DNA of 64,000 bases from Patescibacteria group bacterium (GTDB taxonomy: Bacteria; Patescibacteriota; Minisyncoccia; Phycocordibacterales; PALSA-1337). The notes under the pieces were generated by a model. That model had not been told where the DNA came from. It searched no databases and worked only from the letters and a program-made list of their open reading frames with translations. Of this stretch, positions 19,033-27,059 are shown piece by piece (position 1 is the stretch's first letter; each line of letters starts with the position of its first letter). The position numbers were made by a program, and so were the translations under genes. The stretch is from the NCBI GenBank assembly GCA_038065415.1, contig JBBTRA010000006.1:15262-79261 (forward strand), written 5' to 3'.

Positions 19033-19088
19033 GTATAAAATTTCAGATAAAAGCAGCAAAAAGGTATCTTTGTGATATTATCAGGTAC

Positions 19089-19811
19089 ATGATTAGCATC
19101 TTCACCGACGGCTCATCTCGCGGCAATCCTGGTCCAGGCGGATGGGGGAGCGTTGTTGTGAATGACGGGAAAGTCATCGAGCTCGGCGGTGGCGAGAAGC
19201 ACACCACGAACAATAGGATGGAGCTCATGGCTGCAATCAGTGGATTGAGAGCGGTCCCCGAAGGAGCGCAGGCAAAAGTTTTTGCAGATTCGTCGTATGT
19301 GATCAATGGCATCACTAAGTGGGTGCATGGCTGGAAGAGGAATGGCTGGAAGACAAAAACAAAAGATGATGTGCTCAATGTAGATCTCTGGAAGATGCTT
19401 GATGATGCAGTTGCGAAGGTTGGTTCGAAGAATGTTGTTTGGGAATATGTGGGTGGACATATCGGTATTGTGGGCAATGAACGGTGCGATGAGATCGCAA
19501 CAGCATTCGCTGATAGCGAGTCCCCGGTGCTCTACCAGGGCCCTCTCTCAGAGTACTCGATTCCGAATATTCTTGATGTTTCACACGATGAAATACTGCT
19601 CAAGGCAAAGAAGTCGAACTCTTCAAAATCAAAGTCAGGCGCGAAAGCATATTCATATGTAAGCTCGGTCGGTGGCAAGATAGAGATACATCGCACGTGG
19701 GTGGAGTGTGAGAAGAGGGTCAAAGGTGCCAAGGGCGCGCGGTTCAAAAAATCATTTAGTGCCGACAATGAAAAGGAAGTGATCAGCGAGTTTGGCGGTG
19801 CGTCATTTTGA
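19089..19811 (+). CDS. rnhA: Ribonuclease HI with a C-terminal Cauli_VI-like (viroplasmin-type) domain
   Basis: RNase H core FTDGSSRGNPGPGGWG...NNRMELMA...GHIGIVGNERCDEIA. The C-terminal ~60 aa (AYSYVSSVGGKIEIHRTWVECEKRVKGAKGARFKKSF) matches the Cauli_VI/RNase H1 N-terminal hybrid-binding domain pattern, here in reversed position. ATG 19089 sits 7 nt after a TATTAT box. Confidence 0.8.
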   Translation: MISIFTDGSSRGNPGPGGWGSVVVNDGKVIELGGGEKHTTNNRMELMAAISGLRAVPEGAQAKVFADSSYVINGITKWVHGWKRNGWKTKTKDDVLNVDLWKMLDDAVAKVGSKNVVWEYVGGHIGIVGNERCDEIATAFADSESPVLYQGPLSEYSIPNILDVSHDEILLKAKKSNSSKSKSGAKAYSYVSSVGGKIEIHRTWVECEKRVKGAKGARFKKSFSADNEKEVISEFGGASF

Positions 19812-19882
19812 TAAATCGGAGCGTCATCATATTTCCGGCAATTTCTCATGAATCTCTCATGAAGATATTCTAAACTCCCCTC

Positions 19883-21238
19883 ATGAGCAGGGGAGTTTTT
19901 ATTTTCTGGAGTGTGTTTGTCGTGGCTGCTCTTGTGCGGTTGGTACTTTCTGCATCAGGGCAAAGGGAGGGTGTCATCGTGTGTGCAAAACAAGTTGTGT
20001 CCGGAAGTGGTGTCCTCACGCGAGAGCCAGAGCGCAAAGAAACGGGACAAATATTCGTTGTGCGCACAGGAGATATTTTTTCAGGTGGATCGATCTGTGC
20101 GAAGGATCTTCATATCCGTATGAAGACACAGCTCTATCCTCGGCTTGCGTATGGTGACCACGTGTCTTTTGAAGGGAAGATATCACAGCCGTTTAATTTC
20201 CGAAGTGAGAGTGGAAGATTATTTGACTACCAAGGGTATCTCGCAAAAGACGGCATCTTCTATGAGATCAAAAGTGCAAAGGTTGTGAAGATGGAAAATA
20301 CGGATGGAAATATTTCTACCACTTTATTTTCTTTGAAGCGGCGATTCGTTGCAAATCTAGAACATGCACTTGGAGAACCATATGCGGCTTTGGCGGCAGG
20401 ATTGGTAGTAGGAGAAAAGAGTGCGCTCGGCAAAGACCTGCTCGAAGATTTCCGTATCGTCGGGTTGATACATATCATCGTGTTGTCTGGCTTCAACATC
20501 ACCATCGTCGGTGATGCGATGCGGCGTATGCTCTCATTTTTACCACGAGTCTGGGGCATCGTTGTGGGCGGTATCGGCATCATGCTTTTCGGTGTGATGG
20601 TCGGTGGGGGAGCGACGGTGGTACGCTCCTGTTTCATGGCAGGAGTCGCGCTGTCTGCAGACCTGATCCGTCGAGATTACCAGGTTATGCGAGCACTGAT
20701 TTTCGCAGGACTCCTCATGATCATTCAGAATCCTACTATTCTCTTTCATGACCCTTCATTTCAACTATCGTTTCTTGCCACGCTCGGCCTCATCCTTCTG
20801 GCGAGCCCAATCGAGAAGAGACTCCTGTTTATTTCTGAGAAGTTTGGTATTCGGGGTATCGTAGCTTCGACGGTGGCAACACAGATCTTCGTTTCACCAG
20901 TCATCCTCTATATGATGGGAACGATGTCTGTTATCGGTATGGTCGTGAACATTCTCGTTCTACCTATCATCCCCATTACGATGCTTCTTGTATTTTTGAC
21001 TGGTGTAGCCGGTTTCATCTGGTTTCCGGTAGCTCAAATCTTCGGTTGGGCCGCTCATCTGCTCTTATCTTACGAATTGTCCATGGTCGATATTTTTGCA
21101 CGGGTGCCGTATGCATCCGTGAGTGTACCCATGTTTTCCAAGTGGTGGGTGGTGGGATTTTACTGTGTATTCTTCGCGGTATTCGTCTGGTTGAATTGGC
21201 GTGCGCGGAAGAAGCGTCTCGTTACTGTGCCTTCTTGA
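19883..21238 (+). CDS. comEC: ComEC/Rec2 competence protein, N-terminal part (DUF4131 plus competence channel domain)
   Basis: 451-aa polytopic membrane protein with ComEC competence-domain features (VGLIHIIVLSGFNITIV...). Confidence 0.75.
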   Translation: MSRGVFIFWSVFVVAALVRLVLSASGQREGVIVCAKQVVSGSGVLTREPERKETGQIFVVRTGDIFSGGSICAKDLHIRMKTQLYPRLAYGDHVSFEGKISQPFNFRSESGRLFDYQGYLAKDGIFYEIKSAKVVKMENTDGNISTTLFSLKRRFVANLEHALGEPYAALAAGLVVGEKSALGKDLLEDFRIVGLIHIIVLSGFNITIVGDAMRRMLSFLPRVWGIVVGGIGIMLFGVMVGGGATVVRSCFMAGVALSADLIRRDYQVMRALIFAGLLMIIQNPTILFHDPSFQLSFLATLGLILLASPIEKRLLFISEKFGIRGIVASTVATQIFVSPVILYMMGTMSVIGMVVNILVLPIIPITMLLVFLTGVAGFIWFPVAQIFGWAAHLLLSYELSMVDIFARVPYASVSVPMFSKWWVVGFYCVFFAVFVWLNWRARKKRLVTVPS

Positions 21239-21815
21239 AATTTTCCTCGATGACTGCCCAGTTCAGGTTCTTGAAGAAATCCTCGACATATTGTTTCTTG
21301 CCAGATGGTTGATAGTCAGCGACGAAGGAGTGTTCCCACATATCGAGACCAAGTACGAGTGCACAATCTTGAAGCTGGCCCAAATGTTGTTCGTCGATCC
21401 AGGCGTTGAGGAGGCGATCGTCCTTCTTGTCGTAGTAAAGCATGGCCCAACCGATGCCGCGGGTGAGTGCGATTGATTTGAATTCTGAAAACCACGCCTC
21501 GAATGACCCCCATTCTTCGTTGATAGCTGTGCGTAACGGACTTACATCGCCCAGCTCTTTCGCACCACCTTCCAGGGAAGAGAAATAGATTTCATGGTTA
21601 CGCATGCCGTTGTATTCAAATCCGAATCGACGCATGATTTCGCCGAGGGCGTAGGCGTTCTTCTCGGCGTCCTTCTTGTATTCTGCTATCTTCTCAAGAA
21701 TAAGATTGGCGTGTTTTACATATCCCGCATAGAGCTTGAGATGTTCCTCGATAGTCTTGGTCGATATGCCGACAAGCGCAGGTACGGTGAATGTTTTTGG
21801 GGTGAATTGTTTCAT
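21222..21815 (-). CDS. sodA: Fe/Mn superoxide dismutase
   Basis: 197 aa with metal-ligand context (DMWEHSF, HLKLYAGYVKHAN); convergent with and overlapping the end of comEC by 17 nt. Confidence 0.85.
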   Translation of the reverse strand: MKQFTPKTFTVPALVGISTKTIEEHLKLYAGYVKHANLILEKIAEYKKDAEKNAYALGEIMRRFGFEYNGMRNHEIYFSSLEGGAKELGDVSPLRTAINEEWGSFEAWFSEFKSIALTRGIGWAMLYYDKKDDRLLNAWIDEQHLGQLQDCALVLGLDMWEHSFVADYQPSGKKQYVEDFFKNLNWAVIEENFKKAQ

Positions 21816-21886
21816 AAATTGATTATATCACTCTCACGGTATCTTCATAGATTACTCACGCAGCCTTCATCGATGGTGGTTATGAT

Positions 21887-22801
21887 ATGGCTATGCCAGC
21901 AAAACTATCCTCGAAGCCCGTCATTATTGCGAGCGTTGCAACTGTTGCGGCATCTGTACTTGGTGGCTACATTTGGCACGAAGAACATCGACCATCTATC
22001 GCTGAGGCGTATGTATTCGCACTGAAGTCGGGGCGTTCGACGCTGATCCGGACTCCTGATGATCATCGTATCTTGATCGATGGCGGTGCAAACTCTGAGG
22101 TCATCAGGCACCTGAGCTCAGTCTTGCCATTCTATTCTCGTCGCCTCGATGCGGTTATCGCGACCAATACTGATGGCAAGAATGTATCGGGACTTGTAGA
22201 CATATTGGAGCGGTATCAGGTTGACCGTGTGTATATTCCAGCTGTTACCGTGAGCAGTCTAGGCATATCGACATCAACTCATCTCGCGTATCAGGTTTTC
22301 ATCGATACGATCGAAAGTAAGAGCATTGAACTCAAAGAGCTTGTGGTAGGGGATACGGTCTTCCTTGGAGATGTAGCTATAGAGGTATTATTCCCGGTCT
22401 CAGAGGACTCTTTCGTATACTCGAGAGCCAGTGCCCCGGAATTGGTCTTGAAAATTTCCTACGGAAACAGTTCCATCTTGATGATGAATGGTGTGAGCAT
22501 TAAGATCCAAAAGCATATTGCCTCACATATACAAATGAAAGGTGGCGATGTTCTCGTCGTATCCCATAGCGCCGCTCCTGCGGCGGTGGCGTACGATCTG
22601 GTCTCTGAGGTTCAGCCGAAGTTCTTGGTGTATTCAAAAACGCCGTCAAAGTCGGTAGGGCGAACATTGTCCAGTGTCAGCAAAAAGATCGTTGATCCTC
22701 TGGCGGGCATCTTGGAGAAAGACAGATTCAACCTGAAGGAGGTGGGTACGGTCAGGATCTCTATGGATGGAGAAGATGCGGAGATAACAAAAACCGACTA
22801 G
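21887..22801 (+). CDS. ComEC C-terminal metallo-beta-lactamase-like domain protein with a degenerate metal-binding motif
   Basis: LIDGGAN...DAVIATNTDGKNVSGL occupies the position of the canonical HxHxDH motif (His replaced by Asn/Thr). Confidence 0.6.
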   Translation: MAMPAKLSSKPVIIASVATVAASVLGGYIWHEEHRPSIAEAYVFALKSGRSTLIRTPDDHRILIDGGANSEVIRHLSSVLPFYSRRLDAVIATNTDGKNVSGLVDILERYQVDRVYIPAVTVSSLGISTSTHLAYQVFIDTIESKSIELKELVVGDTVFLGDVAIEVLFPVSEDSFVYSRASAPELVLKISYGNSSILMMNGVSIKIQKHIASHIQMKGGDVLVVSHSAAPAAVAYDLVSEVQPKFLVYSKTPSKSVGRTLSSVSKKIVDPLAGILEKDRFNLKEVGTVRISMDGEDAEITKTD

Positions 22802-22836
22802 GAAGTCGGTTTTTGAGAGAGGGGCTAAAGAGATGC

Positions 22837-23079
22837 TTAGATTATGCCGGCCTTCTTGAGTGTGTGGTATGCGCCATTCTTCTGGATGGTGCGGAGGGCG
22901 CGAGTGGAGATAGTGAGGACCACTGTTTTCTTGAGTTCGGGAACGTAAATACGCTTCTTCTGGAGATTTGGGTGGCGTCGAACCTTGCCGCACGGATTGT
23001 ACTGTGTTGCACGGGTGCGGTTCGAGTATCGTCCTCCGACGACTGAGCCTCTTTTGGTTATTGCGCATACTTTTGCCAT
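22837..23079 (-). CDS. rpmB: 50S ribosomal protein L28
   Basis: MAKVCAITKRGSVVGGRYSNRTRATQYNP is the typical L28 N-terminus. Confidence 0.85.
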   Translation of the reverse strand: MAKVCAITKRGSVVGGRYSNRTRATQYNPCGKVRRHPNLQKKRIYVPELKKTVVLTISTRALRTIQKNGAYHTLKKAGII

Positions 23080-23138
23080 AGGTAAAACATGGTATCATAT
23101 TTCATGCGGATTGCAAGCAATTCCGTCCGAATATCGCC

Positions 23139-23741
23139 ATGCTCACCATTCTTTCGATAGCCATCCTTATCCTCTCGATCATCATCCATGAGATATCTCA
23201 TGGCTATATGGCAGATCGTTTGGGTGATCCGACGGCTCGTTTGCAGGGGAGACTCACCCTCAATCCGATCAAACATATAGACCCCATCGGTTCTATCGTT
23301 GTTCCACTCCTCACTTCTTTGGGCGGGTTCACCTTCGGCTGGGCAAAGCCGGTGCCGTACAATCCATACAATCTCAAGAATCAGCGTACAGGAGAATTCT
23401 TGATCGCTGCAGCTGGCCCGTTGTCGAACTTGGCCATCGCTCTCATATTCGGCACCATCATCAGATTCATAGCTGCTGGAGAGATGACACCCTTCATCGA
23501 AATCTCTGCCCATATCGTCATCATCAATATAGTTCTTGCGGTTTTCAATCTCATACCGATTCCTCCGCTCGATGGGTCCAAGCTGCTTTTTGCATTTTTG
23601 CCGAGCCAGTATGGACGTACCCGTATGCTTCTTGAGACATATGCGCCTATCTTGATCCTCGTCGTTGTCTTTTTCCTCTGGCAGGTTATTTCGCCTATAA
23701 TATGGCCTATCTTTAGGGTTTTTACAGGAATGAGTCTTTGA
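23139..23741 (+). CDS. M50-family (site-2 protease-like) membrane zinc metalloprotease
   Basis: HEISH (HExxH) within a TM helix and a second motif region; 200-aa polytopic protein. Confidence 0.7.
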   Translation: MLTILSIAILILSIIIHEISHGYMADRLGDPTARLQGRLTLNPIKHIDPIGSIVVPLLTSLGGFTFGWAKPVPYNPYNLKNQRTGEFLIAAAGPLSNLAIALIFGTIIRFIAAGEMTPFIEISAHIVIINIVLAVFNLIPIPPLDGSKLLFAFLPSQYGRTRMLLETYAPILILVVVFFLWQVISPIIWPIFRVFTGMSL

Positions 23742-23755
23742 GGTGACTGGTATCG

Positions 23756-23784
23756 TTGACATCTATCTAGATAGGTGCTATAAT
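23756..23784 (+). promoter_or_regulatory. Consensus sigma-70 promoter (TTGACA-17-TATAAT) for the rpsL operon, with a 12-bp perfect palindrome (ctatctagatag) in the spacer
   Basis: TTGACA 23756-23761, 17-nt spacer, TATAAT 23779-23784; about 320 nt upstream of the rpsL ATG. Confidence 0.7.
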
Positions 23785-24103
23785 AGATAGCGGGTTGATC
23801 CTTGGTTTGCAGTTTGTCATGATTCTGCACACCAGTACATTTTTTACTTTTTCATCGGTTCCTCCGATGATTGTGTGGGAGGGCGTCGCGCGGATTATGT
23901 CCATGATCCGCAGGCGCCCTCTTTCTATTTTACCGGTGCAATCTTGCACCTTTTTTATTTCTCTGGTAAGGTGTTCCCACTGTCTCCTTGGGAGAACAGC
24001 GTTCGATTAACAACGCATTCTGAGTAATCGTCTAGGCATTCTCCGAGAGGGGACCTCAAGCCAAAGCGGTGAAGGATTCAGGGTGCTAACAATATTATAG
24101 GTA

Positions 24104-24520
24104 ATGCCTACTATCAATCAGCTCACAAAGCGGAATCGTACCCGATTCACGCGCAAGTCGAAGTCTATTGCTTTGACGCGTACTTTTAATAGCATAAAAA
24201 ACCACCCGATCTTCTTCCCAGCTCCGTTCAAGCGTGGAGTATGTGTGAAGGTTACGACCAAGACTCCGAAGAAGCCAAACTCGGCTATTCGTAAGATTGC
24301 TCGTGTTCGTCTCTCGAACGGTATGGAAGTCACGGCGTATGTTCCGGGTGAGGGACACAACCTCCAGGAACACTCAGTGGTTCTCCTCCGTGGTGGTCGC
24401 GTCAAGGACGTCGGTCTCCGTTATACAGTGGTCCGCGGCGTGCTCGATGCAGCAGGTGTAGAGAAGCGCAGGAAAGGTCGAAGCCAATACGGCAACAAGA
24501 AGCCGAAGGCAGCAAAATAA
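24104..24520 (+). CDS. rpsL: 30S ribosomal protein S12 (with a ~12-aa insertion after residue ~25)
   Basis: [10 protein letters not shown]...[22 protein letters not shown]...[31 protein letters not shown]. Confidence 0.95.
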   Translation: MPTINQLTKRNRTRFTRKSKSIALTRTFNSIKNHPIFFPAPFKRGVCVKVTTKTPKKPNSAIRKIARVRLSNGMEVTAYVPGEGHNLQEHSVVLLRGGRVKDVGLRYTVVRGVLDAAGVEKRRKGRSQYGNKKPKAAK

Positions 24521-24532
24521 TCTCCAACTAAC

Positions 24533-25003
24533 ATGCGAAGAAAACTAAACATAAAGAGAGAGATCAAGCCGGACATAAATTTCCAATCTGTGAAGCTTGG
24601 TAAGTTCACCAACTACATTATGGAATCCGGTAAGAAGAATATTGCCCGCGCTATCGTTGCTGACTGCATGAAGGAGATCAAGGAAAAGGCCAAGGTGGAG
24701 AATCCACTTGAAGTCTTCGAGCTTGCTCTCAAGAACACTATGCCAGCCATGGAGGTCCGTTCACGCCGTGTCGGTGGAGCGAACTACCAGGTTCCTCGTG
24801 AGGTCCGACCTGAGCGCCGCCAGGCTCTCTCGATGAAGTGGATCGTCGAGGCTGCTCGCAACAAGAAGGGTAAGCCTATTGCTATCAAGCTCGCTGAAGA
24901 GATCCTCGCCGCTTCAAAGAATGAAGGTGAGGCTATCAAGAAGCGTGAGAATATGCACAAAATGGCTGAGGCCAACAAGGCATTTGCTCACTTTGCTTGG
25001 TAA
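24533..25003 (+). CDS. rpsG: 30S ribosomal protein S7
   Basis: [14 protein letters not shown]...[12 protein letters not shown]...[11 protein letters not shown]. Confidence 0.95.
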   Translation: MRRKLNIKREIKPDINFQSVKLGKFTNYIMESGKKNIARAIVADCMKEIKEKAKVENPLEVFELALKNTMPAMEVRSRRVGGANYQVPREVRPERRQALSMKWIVEAARNKKGKPIAIKLAEEILAASKNEGEAIKKRENMHKMAEANKAFAHFAW

Positions 25004-25023
25004 GGAATACTTTGGTTTCCTAC

Positions 25024-25049
25024 AAAAAACGCCCCACTGGGCGTTTTTT
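25024..25049. terminator. Bidirectional intrinsic terminator
   Basis: A-run, then acgccc / cact / gggcgt, then T-run. Confidence 0.6.
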
Positions 25050-25055
25050 CGTACC

Positions 25056-25454
25056 TTATTTTTCCGAGGATTTCTTGGTGTCCATCGCGTGTTTAACCTG
25101 ATCCTTTGCCATGTCGGCAGCATCTGCGAGATCATCCTTGATATCCTTCCAGTGTGAACGCATGCGATTTGCAAGTTCCGATACTTCATCAGCATCTACG
25201 TCTTTCAAAGCGCGATACTTTTCTGCAGCAGTATCAACGATGTTCTGGTACCCTTCTTCCGTGAGCTCTTTGGCCTCTTCGATCTTGTCCATGACCTCAG
25301 CTTTCATTTTGAGCATCCAACTTTTTACTTTCCTGCGATTTTTTGAGACTTTGTCAGAGCCGTAGAGGTAGTATGCACCTGCGGCGGCTGCCGCGAGGGC
25401 GGCGAGACCGAACCCTATGGCTGTCTTGTGGGATTCGTGTTTGTGGTTTGTCAT
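25056..25454 (-). CDS. YtxH-like membrane-anchored coiled-coil protein
   Basis: N-terminal TM (IGFGLAALAAAAAGAYYLY) followed by a charged helical region. Confidence 0.5.
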   Translation of the reverse strand: MTNHKHESHKTAIGFGLAALAAAAAGAYYLYGSDKVSKNRRKVKSWMLKMKAEVMDKIEEAKELTEEGYQNIVDTAAEKYRALKDVDADEVSELANRMRSHWKDIKDDLADAADMAKDQVKHAMDTKKSSEK

Positions 25455-25512
25455 ATGGTAGTTAAGGATTAGTATAATAAACGCACGCTGTACTCAATAG
25501 GACGCACAGAGT

Positions 25513-25779
25513 CTACCGTCCTTTCAGGTGCCTGAATATCCCGTAGAAGAAGCGTGCGGCAGCACCTAGATTGAAGGTGCCGCGCTTCACTCGATCTCGG
25601 AGCTCCTCGATGTCCTCGGCGATGAGGCCACTCCCAGTTTTCACGGTGGTGGCGATGTCCTTCAGCAAAGCGAGTATCTTGATGATGTACACCAAGGCGA
25701 TGACTGCTCCGATGCCGAACAGGATGACGACGATGGTTGTCACAAAGAAGAATATGTCTGCGTGTATGAGGGTTTGCAT
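25513..25779 (-). CDS. Small membrane protein (one TM plus charged tail)
   Basis: 88-aa ORF with a hydrophobic N-terminus. Confidence 0.4.
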   Translation of the reverse strand: MQTLIHADIFFFVTTIVVILFGIGAVIALVYIIKILALLKDIATTVKTGSGLIAEDIEELRDRVKRGTFNLGAAARFFYGIFRHLKGR

Positions 25780-25875
25780 ATCTCCATAGTACTCCGTATT
25801 TTGAGAAAGGGAAGGGATGATCGCTGATAAATAAAAATCCCGCCGTAAAAACAGCGGGATGCTCAGGGGACACTT

Positions 25876-26580
25876 TTATTGACTGATTCCAAAAGTCGCC
25901 TTGGTTACAACCAATCCGTTTTGGGCCAGCAGGGGATTGAGATACTCTTCCATCAGCTTCCGGTATGAATCTTGCTGGGTCGCATCCAACGGATTGAAGA
26001 ATTGAGCAAGATCTTTCGAATGCGTATTGTTCAGATCGTAGAATATTCTTTGTAGTACCAATTCGACATTTCTATCGATGCAGTTTTCTGTGGTAGTGGT
26101 GGTTGGTCCTCCGGATCGCTCGTTCATGGAGATTCTCGAAGGATCGGCCCCATAGAAGACCTGGGCATTCGTGACGCGTACGGAGACATGATGATCGAGA
26201 GTTCGAACCTTAGGGTTATCCGTCAGCAGACTGACGGTAGGCAGACGCCAAGGAGAGATGTCACCGCGCGGCAAGTTCGAATATTTCCCGCCTAACCCCA
26301 AGGTGAAGACTCCGTAAGGGTGCAAGACAATTCTTCCTTCTTTGTCGAGGGTGACGGGAATGTATTCGTACTTTGCAAACTCATAGATGAGCGGGGTTAC
26401 AACCCACGTAATAACGCATAGCACGCAGACCAATACCGCAAGCAAATCGCGTCCGGTGTGCCACATGTCTCTCACCCAGTATTTCTTTTTTCGATCGAGC
26501 ACTATGGCGATAAATATGATGGCGCAGATGACAAGTACAGACAAAGCGCAATAGGCCAAAAACTGAGATATGATAGGCAT
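25876..26580 (-). CDS. Hypothetical membrane protein
   Basis: 234 aa, two N-terminal TM helices; a terminator hairpin at 25833-25860 sits downstream. Confidence 0.45.
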   Translation of the reverse strand: MPIISQFLAYCALSVLVICAIIFIAIVLDRKKKYWVRDMWHTGRDLLAVLVCVLCVITWVVTPLIYEFAKYEYIPVTLDKEGRIVLHPYGVFTLGLGGKYSNLPRGDISPWRLPTVSLLTDNPKVRTLDHHVSVRVTNAQVFYGADPSRISMNERSGGPTTTTTENCIDRNVELVLQRIFYDLNNTHSKDLAQFFNPLDATQQDSYRKLMEEYLNPLLAQNGLVVTKATFGISQ

Positions 26581-26758
26581 TTTCTTTTCGAGGTTTTCAA
26601 GTTTCTATGTATTCATGTTCCGCATCCGCGGACTGAATGTGTCTGGATGCTTTTTACCATAACTACACATGAATGTACAGGCGTTCCATTTGATTATTTC
26701 CGCCTTTTCCCGTATAGTACAAGCCACACAAAGCAAGCCTGCTTTTTTGTTTACTTCA

Positions 26759-27058
26759 ATGAATAAAATGAAAAAAGTATTTTGGATAGGATTTACCGTA
26801 GGGATAATCTATTTTCTGGCGACATACTTATATGAAGTTTTCGCATTAGGGTGCCCTTGGAACCTTGAAGAATCAATGTGTGGCCTACTTGTGTATGTAG
26901 CCAGTTTACCATCTATACTGATAGTGGAAACTGCATTGGAAACATTAGGCGCACCAGATATAGTAGTGTATTCATTAGGTGCTGTACTTGATGGAATAAT
27001 CCTAGGCCTTGTTTTTATTGGCATCCGTAGCATATTTAATAAATTATTCAGAAAATAA
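26759..27058 (+). CDS. Small polytopic membrane protein
   Basis: ATG 26759 (MNKMKKVFWIGF...); about 3 TM helices. Confidence 0.4.
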   Translation: MNKMKKVFWIGFTVGIIYFLATYLYEVFALGCPWNLEESMCGLLVYVASLPSILIVETALETLGAPDIVVYSLGAVLDGIILGLVFIGIRSIFNKLFRK

Positions 27059-27059
27059 C

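Noticed and set aside
18837-19088. 5' extension of the rnhA ORF
   Set aside because: It contains a terminator hairpin and a promoter-like element; the RNase H domain begins at MISIFTDGSS (19089).
23795-24010. 71-aa ORF in the rpsL leader
   Set aside because: Hydrophobic or low-complexity translation inside a long structured 5' UTR with a terminator-like hairpin; treated as non-coding leader.
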